A stretch of 64,000 nucleotides of DNA from an uncultured SAR86 cluster bacterium (lineage in GTDB: Bacteria; Pseudomonadota; Gammaproteobacteria; Magnimaribacterales; Magnimaribacteraceae): positions 38,774 to 102,773 of the forward strand of contig CACAIY010000002.1 in NCBI GenBank assembly GCA_902532675.1, given 5' to 3'. The notes under the pieces were generated by a model. The model was not told where the DNA came from. It saw only the letters and a program-made list of their open reading frames with translations, and searched no databases. The position numbers and the translations under genes were made by a program. The first letter of the stretch is position 1. Every line of letters starts with the position of its first letter. This document shows positions 8,058 to 16,017 of the stretch, in pieces.

Positions 8058-8221
8058 AGGACATATTTTGGAAAGAATCGGACCTCGAGACCCGAATCAG
8101 GAAAAAAATGGACAGAAGAAGAAGGGTGAAAGGATTAAACGAAAGTTAATCATCTGTGAGTTAGAAAGGGTACTAACCACACAGTGAGAAACCCGCACTG
8201 ACCCCTTCAACTTCGATTTTT
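8058..8221 (+). ncRNA. candidate purine/GGA-rich small RNA (element A), paralogous to 21895-22110(-)
   Basis: Six GGA triplets within 8059-8134. AGAAGAAGAAGG tract. Hairpins GATTAA-7-TTAATC (8133-8151) and CTGTGAGTTAG-8-CTAACCACACAG (8154-8184). No convincing local terminator. Ends and strand are inferred only. Confidence 0.3.
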
Positions 8222-8801
8222 AGAATTCAAAGCTCTCCAAAAGAGTATACTCAGTTTTTCCTTTATCAAATTCGCTCTCAAATACATTTAGTTGTTTCAC
8301 TTTTCCTTTCAAGGTTTTTTCAAATATTCCAAATTCATAGTGTGGTCGGTCTTTTTCTTTAAAGCGTCCCAACGTAATATGAGGTCTATAATCCTTTAGT
8401 TCAGAACCAAAGCCAATATTAACTACAATTCTTTCTACTTTCTCGTGAAGAGTTTTTAAATGTGAGCTAGGTTTCACTAAAGCGGATAGAACTTGGCTTT
8501 TTTCATTAGGAAAAAAAGAAATTTCAGTTAAATCAATAGAATTTGAAAGGCTTGCAAAGTTTATTTCTTTTAGGTTTTCATTCATTTGATTTATTTGTTC
8601 AGGTTCCATCTCGCCGACGAAACATACCGTAAGATGGTGTTGATCATTTTTTTGCCAAGAAATATTGGCATCTTTCAATAAATTAGACTTAAGCTCTTTC
8701 TTAATTTCTATAATTTGATTATTGAAATCCTTCTCAAGGGTTAACGCTATGAAAATTCTTGCCATATAAATACTGCTAAAATAATAATCCATATAAGCCA
8801 C
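8220..8801 (-). CDS. thpR: RNA 2',3'-cyclic phosphodiesterase (2H phosphoesterase, ThpR/LigT). The likely start is the internal Met at 8765 (MARIFIAL).
   Basis: Two HxT/S motifs (HHLTVCF and PHITLGRF) with the spacing typical of LigT. The first 12 codons of the track ORF look like an artefactual extension. Confidence 0.8.
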   Translation of the reverse strand: MAYMDYYFSSIYMARIFIALTLEKDFNNQIIEIKKELKSNLLKDANISWQKNDQHHLTVCFVGEMEPEQINQMNENLKEINFASLSNSIDLTEISFFPNEKSQVLSALVKPSSHLKTLHEKVERIVVNIGFGSELKDYRPHITLGRFKEKDRPHYEFGIFEKTLKGKVKQLNVFESEFDKGKTEYTLLESFEF

Positions 8802-8852
8802 TTATCAAGTACTTTATTTGTTACATGAGTTAGAATACTTCTTGGAGTTTTT

Positions 8853-9863
8853 GTGAGTAAAGAACATAGAGTTTTAACAGGAATAACAACTACTGGCGTG
8901 CCCCATTTAGGCAATCTAGTCGGTGCAGTTTTACCAGCAATTAAGGCTAGCGAAACAAAAGATACAACATCATTCTTATTTTTAGCTGATTATCACTCTT
9001 TAATTAAAAATTCAGATTCTGAGTTAAGGCATATATCTAGCTTTGAAATTGCTGCTTGTTGGATGGCTTGTGGTCTAGATCCAAACAAAGTTATTTTTTA
9101 CAGGCAATCTGATATACCTCATATATTTGAATTAGCCTGGATTTTAAGCTGTTTGACCTCTAAGGGCTTATTAAATAGAGCTCATGCTTACAAAGCAGCG
9201 ACAACGGATAATGAAGCTAATAAATCAAAGGATATTGATAAAGGAATAAACATGGGCCTATTTAATTATCCTATTTTAATGGCAGCAGATATTTTGATGT
9301 TCAAAGCAGATTCCGTTCCAGTTGGTCAAGATCAAAAGCAGCATATTGAAATGACTAGAGATATAGCTTTAAAATTTAATCATTATTATGGTGATATTCT
9401 AACACCTCCTGAAGCGATAATTGATGAGAATACGGGGGTTCTTCCAGGAATTGATGGAAGGAAGATGAGTAAGTCTTATAACAATACCATTCCTGTGTTT
9501 AGTGAAGAAGAAGCATTACAAAAGTTAATCATGAAGATAAAAACAAATTCACTTGAGCCTGGTGATCCTAAAGATTCATTAGATTGTAATATTTTCAATA
9601 TCTATAAGGCTATTAGTACCAAAGAAAAGGTTAATGATTTACAGAAGTTATATGAAGAAGGGATTGCCTGGGGAGAGGCAAAACAAATACTATTTGAAGA
9701 ACTGTATTCTTTCCTAAGACCATTTAACAATGAATACAATAAGATTATAAAAGACAAATCATTCGTTGAAAAAACATTAATTGAAGGGTCCGAAAAAGCT
9801 TTATCAATTTCAGAACCTATTATTAGGGAAGTGAGACAAGCTATAGGCATAAAAGGATTTTGA
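8853..9863 (+). CDS. trpS: tryptophan--tRNA ligase
   Basis: 336 aa, GTG start. HIGH-type motif (TGVPHLGN), KMSKS motif, GQDQKQH segment. Confidence 0.95.
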   Translation: MSKEHRVLTGITTTGVPHLGNLVGAVLPAIKASETKDTTSFLFLADYHSLIKNSDSELRHISSFEIAACWMACGLDPNKVIFYRQSDIPHIFELAWILSCLTSKGLLNRAHAYKAATTDNEANKSKDIDKGINMGLFNYPILMAADILMFKADSVPVGQDQKQHIEMTRDIALKFNHYYGDILTPPEAIIDENTGVLPGIDGRKMSKSYNNTIPVFSEEEALQKLIMKIKTNSLEPGDPKDSLDCNIFNIYKAISTKEKVNDLQKLYEEGIAWGEAKQILFEELYSFLRPFNNEYNKIIKDKSFVEKTLIEGSEKALSISEPIIREVRQAIGIKGF

Positions 9864-10426
9864 GCAATAATAATATTTTATCTTTACAAGATCTTTATGA
9901 GTTTAAGGTAGGGAATAAGCATCTAATCCGTCTTCACGAACATGGCTTGCTGAGATTAATCACACTAAATACAGAGCCTAAATTTTCTAAAGTTACTAAA
10001 AAAATTTTTTTTCATTCACTTCTTAATAATCCAGTTTATCAAGAACTGTTTTTTGATCACTATACTCAACAAAGTTCTGGTAAGCATGGACCCTTTTTAA
10101 CTAAAAACTTAAAAGAAAAAGATTTTGTAAAGATTTCTGAAGAATACTTTAAGAATGAAGTTATTCAAATTGTTTCTTCCCCTAAATGGTCCTGCCCACC
10201 TATTTCTAAGGAATCTTTAACAAAGGTCAAATATCTTTTAAATAGATTTATTAATGAAACTTCTATTTTGTATTTCTTAGAAAGATGCATAGACTTTAAT
10301 TCTTCTTTCAATGAAGCAAAGGTCTATGAGCATGAATGGTCCCACAGCTTGTCTAGCTATTACGAATATATAATTCATGATCCTGAGAACAAAAAGATTC
10401 ATATGTTGATCATGACTTATGAATAA
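9860..10426 (+). CDS. hypothetical protein, overlaps both neighbouring genes
   Basis: 188-aa ORF with a TTG start inside the trpS TTTGA stop context. Its 3' end overlaps the MFS ATG by 8 nt. No motif recognised. Confidence 0.5.
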   Translation: MSNNNILSLQDLYEFKVGNKHLIRLHEHGLLRLITLNTEPKFSKVTKKIFFHSLLNNPVYQELFFDHYTQQSSGKHGPFLTKNLKEKDFVKISEEYFKNEVIQIVSSPKWSCPPISKESLTKVKYLLNRFINETSILYFLERCIDFNSSFNEAKVYEHEWSHSLSSYYEYIIHDPENKKIHMLIMTYE

Positions 10427-11675
10427 AGAGTTATCAAAATTACCTAATACGATCTGGATCTTAGCAGCAGGACTATTATGTGTTGGAGCAGGTCAGTCAG
10501 TAGTTTTTATAACTATACCTCCTATAGCAAGAGATTTAGGATTAACGGAGGTTCAAATTGGATTTATATTCGCTACTTCAGCTTTTGTATGGATGCTTTT
10601 TAGTCCCATTTGGGGCTCTTTAAGTGATTCTATAGGAAGAAAGAAAGTGGTTATTATTGGACTGTCAGGGTTTGCAATTTCTTTAATTCTCTTCAGTTTT
10701 ACTATCTCTATGGGTCAAGCAGGGAAATTAACGGGTGTAATACTATTTATTTTATTAGTAGCAGCAAGAGTCTTAAATGGATTATTTGGAAGTGCAACTA
10801 GACCTGCATCCGGGGGCTGGATAGCAGATATATCTTCTATCGAAGATAGAAGTAGAGCTTTTGCAAGACTTGATTCTGGTTTTTCTATGGGAAGAATTTT
10901 AGGACCGGCTTTAGCTGGAATTTTGCTACTAATTTCTTATACCGCTCCTTTTTATCTTTTTGCTTTAGGAGCTTTTTTTGTAATTTTTTTAATCACTAAA
11001 CAAAAATCACCTCCCATAAAAAAGAGCAAAGACGATTTAAAAAAAATTTCTCTATTTGATAATCGAGTTTGGCCTTTTTTAATAGTTTCTGCATCCTTTG
11101 GAATTTGCAATGCTGCACTAGTCCAGACATCGTCTTTTTACTTCCAAGATGTTATTGAACCAAACTCCACTAATTTCATAGCTCTAGCAAGTGTAGGTTT
11201 TATGTTAACTGCCCTTGGCATTTTAAATGGACAACTTTTGATAGCTGATAGATTACAAACTTCTCCTGGATCATTAATCAGATTAGGTATTTTATTTATA
11301 TTCTTCTCTTTACTTGGGGTAGCAAATAGCACTTCTTTAGTTCACATTTATATTTCGCTATTTTTTTATGGCTTAGGCGGGGGAATGCTGGGTCCAGGTA
11401 TATCTGCCTCTCTTTCCCTTTCAGTTGATAAGGAAAATCAAGGTTCAGCAAGTGGTTTTTTAGGGATGGTGATACCTGTAGGTCACGTTATTTCTCCAAT
11501 TATTTCTATGCCTTTATATACGATAAACCCTTCTTACCCTTATTTATTAGGTTCTTCCTTGATGCTTTTCTGCTTAATTTTTGTCTTGAGCAATAAAAGA
11601 CATAATTGGATAAGAAAAAAGAATTACAGAAAAGACTATAAAGCCTATACTGAAGAGCCTTCAGACTTGCCTTAA
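10419..11675 (+). CDS. MFS transporter
   Basis: 418 aa, about 12 TM segments. MFS loop 2-3 motif (GSLSDSIGRKKV). Confidence 0.85.
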   Translation: MNKELSKLPNTIWILAAGLLCVGAGQSVVFITIPPIARDLGLTEVQIGFIFATSAFVWMLFSPIWGSLSDSIGRKKVVIIGLSGFAISLILFSFTISMGQAGKLTGVILFILLVAARVLNGLFGSATRPASGGWIADISSIEDRSRAFARLDSGFSMGRILGPALAGILLLISYTAPFYLFALGAFFVIFLITKQKSPPIKKSKDDLKKISLFDNRVWPFLIVSASFGICNAALVQTSSFYFQDVIEPNSTNFIALASVGFMLTALGILNGQLLIADRLQTSPGSLIRLGILFIFFSLLGVANSTSLVHIYISLFFYGLGGGMLGPGISASLSLSVDKENQGSASGFLGMVIPVGHVISPIISMPLYTINPSYPYLLGSSLMLFCLIFVLSNKRHNWIRKKNYRKDYKAYTEEPSDLP

Positions 11676-11743
11676 GTAATAAAATAAGGGTTAAAACATA
11701 GTTATTTGATATAGTAACTATCCAAATTAATAAAGGAGATAGC

Positions 11744-12637
11744 ATGTTTAAAGATGACCTACTTAAAGGAAAAAGAATTCTAGTAACAGGCGGTGGATCG
11801 GGTCTGGGCAAAGAGATGTCTAGATATTTCTTGAAATACGGAGCCGAGGTTCTGATTTGCGGAAGAAGGGTAGGTGTACTAGAAGATACAGCTAAAGAGC
11901 TTATGGACGAACAAGGAGGTTCTGTAAAATGCTACGGGTTAGACATAAGAGGACCTCAAGATGTTGATAACACTATAAGTGAAATCTTCGAAGAAGCCCC
12001 TATACATGGTTTAGTTAATAATGCTGCAGGAAATTTTATCTCTAGAACCCAAGATTTATCACACCGAGGTTTTGATGCTATAGCTAGCATTGTCTTTCAT
12101 GGAACTTTCTACGTAACTCATTCAATAGGGAAAAGATGGCTAGAACTTGGTATGGGCGGAAATATTATTTCAATTTTAGCAACTTGGGTTTGGACAGGAT
12201 CTGCTTTTACGGTACCTTCTGCCATGTCCAAAAGTGGTATTCATGCCATGACACAATCTTTGGCAACAGAATGGGGAAAAACTGGAATACGAATAAATGC
12301 TATTGCACCAGGTCCTTTTCCTACAGAAGGCGCTTGGGCCAGATTATCTCCTGGTCAAGATCCAGATGCTGCAGCTTCAGACTCCAGTGGAACATATAGT
12401 CAAAATCCCATGGGAAGAGTGGGGGAGATGGAAGAATTAGGGAACTTAGCTACATTTCTCATGTCTGATGGTTGTAACTACTTAAACGGGCAAACAATTG
12501 CTATTGATGGAGCTGAATACTTAACAGGTGGAACTTTCTATAGGGCGCTAGCTTCGCTTGAAGATAAAGATTGGGAAGCCATTAGAGATACCATTAAAAG
12601 TAGTAATGAAAAAGATAAAGCTAAAAGATCAGTTTAA
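11744..12637 (+). CDS. SDR family oxidoreductase, 2,4-dienoyl-CoA reductase-like
   Basis: 297 aa. TGGGSGLGK dinucleotide motif, NNAAGNF, S...K catalytic region. Overall resemblance to DECR-type SDRs. Confidence 0.8.
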   Translation: MFKDDLLKGKRILVTGGGSGLGKEMSRYFLKYGAEVLICGRRVGVLEDTAKELMDEQGGSVKCYGLDIRGPQDVDNTISEIFEEAPIHGLVNNAAGNFISRTQDLSHRGFDAIASIVFHGTFYVTHSIGKRWLELGMGGNIISILATWVWTGSAFTVPSAMSKSGIHAMTQSLATEWGKTGIRINAIAPGPFPTEGAWARLSPGQDPDAAASDSSGTYSQNPMGRVGEMEELGNLATFLMSDGCNYLNGQTIAIDGAEYLTGGTFYRALASLEDKDWEAIRDTIKSSNEKDKAKRSV

Positions 12638-12649
12638 TTAGGGGGAATT

Positions 12650-14086
12650 ATGAGTAATGAAACCATACAAAATATGCATAGAGTGTTGGAACTTCAAAAG
12701 AACTTAAATATTAAAGAAGGAGCACCAAGCCTGGAACTTAGATCTGATCGACTAGATCGGGTAGTTTCTATGGTAACCAAGTATAAATCAGAAATAATTT
12801 CAGCATTGCAAGATGATTTTGGTAATAGAGATCCCGTAATGTCAGCTGCTACTGAAGTGGATTCAGTTATAGGGCCAATGATGCATGCTAAGAAAAATCT
12901 AAAGAAATGGATGAAAACTGAAAAAAGAAAAGCAGCTATAGCCCCTTTAGGATCGGCTCTGTCTCTTTTGGGTGCAAAAGCTGAAATTAGATATCAACCT
13001 AAAGGTGTAGTTGGTGCAATTAGTCCTTGGAATTTTCCTCTAAATCTTGCTTTAGCTCCTTTAGCAGGAATCTTGTCTGCAGGTAATAGAGTAATGTTAA
13101 AACCTTCAGAACTGACACCTGCTTCATCAGACCTAACGAAGTTAATGATAGAAGAGTATTTTGATGAGTCAGAGATAGGAGTATTTATTGGAGATCCTGA
13201 GGTCGGAGCTGCTTTTAGCGGACTAGCTTTTGATCATTTAATTTTTACAGGCGGTACTGCCATTGCAAAGCATGTAATGAAAGCAGCATCAGAAAACCTT
13301 GTGCCTTTAACCTTAGAACTTGGAGGAAAATCACCGGTAGTGGTTGGTAAATCTTCTAAAATAAAAGAGACTGCAACTAGAGTCATGCAAGGAAAAACTA
13401 TGAATGCTGGTCAAATATGCTTAGCTCCTGATTATGCATTAGTGCCTGAGGAAAGCGTTGATGAATTCGTTCAAGCGACTGTCGATGTCACTTCAGAAAT
13501 GTATCCTGATATGAAAGACAATGATGATTTTACTTCTATTATCAATCAAAGGCATTATGATCGGATTCAAGGGTATATATCTGATGCTAAAGAAAAAGGA
13601 GCAGAGGTAGTAGAAATTAATCCTTCTAACGAAGATTTTAGTCAACAACCTCATCACAAAATACCTCCAACAATTATTTTAAATCCTACTGAAGATATGC
13701 AAGTTATGCAGGAAGAAATATTTGGACCTGTTTTACCAGTGAAGACTTATAAAGACGTTTCAGAAACAGTAGATTACATTAATAGTAAAGACAGACCTTT
13801 GGGGCTTTATTACTTTGGAGAAGATACTAAAGAGAAGGACTTCGTTCTAGATAATACTACTTCAGGTGGTGTTACTGTTAACGATGTAATCTCTCATATT
13901 ACCATGGAAGATTTGCCTTTTGGTGGAGTGGGTCCTAGTGGAATGGGTTCCTATCACGGATATGATGGTTTTAAAGAATTTAGTCACGCTAAGTCAGTTT
14001 ATAAACAGTCTTGGTTGAATTTAAATAAAGTGGCAGGTTTAGTGCCTCCATATAAAAAGAAAGAAGATAACGCGAAATCAGCTTAG
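12650..14086 (+). CDS. NAD(P)-dependent aldehyde dehydrogenase (class 3 / coniferyl-aldehyde DH-like)
   Basis: 478 aa. ELGGKSP and catalytic-Cys segment GQICLAPDY. C-terminal FGGVGPSGMGSYHG is typical of ALDH3-like enzymes. Confidence 0.9.
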   Translation: MSNETIQNMHRVLELQKNLNIKEGAPSLELRSDRLDRVVSMVTKYKSEIISALQDDFGNRDPVMSAATEVDSVIGPMMHAKKNLKKWMKTEKRKAAIAPLGSALSLLGAKAEIRYQPKGVVGAISPWNFPLNLALAPLAGILSAGNRVMLKPSELTPASSDLTKLMIEEYFDESEIGVFIGDPEVGAAFSGLAFDHLIFTGGTAIAKHVMKAASENLVPLTLELGGKSPVVVGKSSKIKETATRVMQGKTMNAGQICLAPDYALVPEESVDEFVQATVDVTSEMYPDMKDNDDFTSIINQRHYDRIQGYISDAKEKGAEVVEINPSNEDFSQQPHHKIPPTIILNPTEDMQVMQEEIFGPVLPVKTYKDVSETVDYINSKDRPLGLYYFGEDTKEKDFVLDNTTSGGVTVNDVISHITMEDLPFGGVGPSGMGSYHGYDGFKEFSHAKSVYKQSWLNLNKVAGLVPPYKKKEDNAKSA

Positions 14087-14115
14087 CTCTTTCCATATAG
14101 CGATATAGGGTTCTT

Positions 14116-15360
14116 ATGAAAAATATATCTCTTTTTATTGCCCTAAGATATTTTAAAAGCAAAGGCCAGGGTTTCATTTCATTTCAATCTGGAATGGCTC
14201 TCGCAGGCATTGCTATCGGAGTGGCTATCTTAATCCTTGTAACTTCAGTCATGAATGGGTTTGAACGTGAATTAAAAACAAGAATACTTCAAGCCATTCC
14301 TCACGCTTCTATACAAGGAAATATAAATAAAGATGAAGTTGATGGTATTAATGAATCTTTAATGCTCAATTCTAATGTTTTAGGTGCTGCCGCTTACATA
14401 GAAACACAAGGCTTATTAAGTTCTGGAACTTATCTAAAAGGAGTCTATATATTTGGAGTAGACCCTCAGTATGAAAAGAATGTTTCAACAATTGAGAATC
14501 ATTTTATTGAAGGTTCTCTAGATTCTTTGCAAGAAAATAGCTACAACTTAGTCATCGGAGATATTTTAGCCATTCAATTAGGTTTAAGGGTTGGGGATTC
14601 AGTAAATATATTGGTACCAGAAACTGCCTTAGGTTTGGCAGGGATTTTGCCCCGAACAAAGAAATTTAAAATAACTGGTATTTTTAGTCTCGGAGCTCCT
14701 GAAATAGATCAAAGTTATGTTTATTTGAATATTGACAACGCTTCTAAATTGCTGAGAACGGGAGAGTACGTGCATGGAATCAGAATAAGATATTTAAATC
14801 TCTTCAATTCAAAAGATAACATAAAGTCTGATCTATTGAGAATAAACAAAGAATTCCAAGTTAATTACAAAGCAAGTACATGGGAGACAAGTTATGGGAC
14901 TCTATTTGAAGCAATTCAAATGGAAAGGTTTTTGGTTGCTCTTATGCTGATGACATTGATCCTGATTTCATCTTATAACTTGATGTCTATGCTTATTATG
15001 ACAATTAAAGAAAAGGAATCTCAAATAGCTGTCTTAATCTCTCTAGGAGCAACGCATCGTTTCATTAAAAACATCTTTTTGTTTTTTGGTTCCTTAATAG
15101 GTTTAGTAGGAATAATCACTGGTTTGTTAGCTGGATTACTCATAACAACCTACTTTGGGTCAATTGTTAGCTTTGTTGAGAGTCTTTTTGGAATCCAATT
15201 TATGAAAGTGTACTTTATTGACTATTTCCCTATAGATATTAGAGGTAATTGGGTTTTTTCTATCTGTATTATTTCATTTTTCTTGGCATTAATAGCTAGC
15301 GTTTACCCAGCGAAGATAGCTTCAAAGATTGAACCGGCAGAGGCACTAAAGTATGAATGA
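14116..15360 (+). CDS. lipoprotein-releasing ABC transporter permease, LolC/LolE family (only one permease gene at this locus)
   Basis: 414 aa. N-terminal TM, large periplasmic domain, C-terminal FtsX-like 3-TM bundle. Directly followed by, and overlapping, lolD. Confidence 0.9.
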   Translation: MKNISLFIALRYFKSKGQGFISFQSGMALAGIAIGVAILILVTSVMNGFERELKTRILQAIPHASIQGNINKDEVDGINESLMLNSNVLGAAAYIETQGLLSSGTYLKGVYIFGVDPQYEKNVSTIENHFIEGSLDSLQENSYNLVIGDILAIQLGLRVGDSVNILVPETALGLAGILPRTKKFKITGIFSLGAPEIDQSYVYLNIDNASKLLRTGEYVHGIRIRYLNLFNSKDNIKSDLLRINKEFQVNYKASTWETSYGTLFEAIQMERFLVALMLMTLILISSYNLMSMLIMTIKEKESQIAVLISLGATHRFIKNIFLFFGSLIGLVGIITGLLAGLLITTYFGSIVSFVESLFGIQFMKVYFIDYFPIDIRGNWVFSICIISFFLALIASVYPAKIASKIEPAEALKYE

Positions 15361-16012
15361 TGACCTAATAAACTGCATTAATTTAAATAAAACTTATAAC
15401 CTAGCTGCTGAGCACCTTACTGTTTTAAGCAATCTAAGCTTTTCAGTTAAAAAGGGTGAGCGCATAGGTCTAACTGGAGTTTCAGGATGCGGAAAATCAA
15501 CCCTTCTACATATTTTAGCTGGATTGGACTTACCAGATTCCGGGGAAGTTAATTTTAATGGCAAAAATATTGTTCAATTAGATAGAGATGACAGAGCTAC
15601 ATTTAGAAATAAAAATATTGGGTTTGTTTATCAATTTCACCATTTACTTCCAGAATTTAGCGCAATAGAGAATGTAGCCTTTCCTTTATGGTTGTCAGGT
15701 GAATCTAAGGATAATAGTTTAAGTGAAGCTAAAGATATATTAGATAAAGTTGATCTAAAGTCTAAAGAAGACAATAAGCCAAGTCAGCTTTCTGGTGGTG
15801 AAAGGCAAAGAGTTGCAATTGCAAGATCGATCATAAACAAGCCTTCATCTATATTTATGGATGAACCAACAGGAAACTTAGACAATAAAAATGTGGATAA
15901 TTTTATGAATCTTGTACTGGACCTAAGTAAAGATCTGAATATTAGCTTAATTATTGCAACACATGATAATAGCGTCTCAAGTCGACTGGATAGGTTATTG
16001 AATCTAGAATAG
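15353..16012 (+). CDS. lolD: lipoprotein-releasing system ATP-binding protein
   Basis: 219 aa. Walker A GVSGCGKST, signature LSGGERQR, Walker B IFMDEPTGNLD. Position after lolC/E. Confidence 0.9.
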   Translation: MNDDLINCINLNKTYNLAAEHLTVLSNLSFSVKKGERIGLTGVSGCGKSTLLHILAGLDLPDSGEVNFNGKNIVQLDRDDRATFRNKNIGFVYQFHHLLPEFSAIENVAFPLWLSGESKDNSLSEAKDILDKVDLKSKEDNKPSQLSGGERQRVAIARSIINKPSSIFMDEPTGNLDNKNVDNFMNLVLDLSKDLNISLIIATHDNSVSSRLDRLLNLE

Positions 16013-16017
16013 AGTTT

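Noticed and set aside
8058-8221. Assigning elements A/B to 6S RNA, SRP RNA, tmRNA or RNase P RNA.
   Set aside because: Both halves of each element are purine-rich, so they cannot form the long 6S-type closing helix. The SRP motif (GGAAGCAGCC-like), the tmRNA tag or pseudoknots and the RNase P conserved regions are absent. The sizes are also wrong for tmRNA and RNase P.
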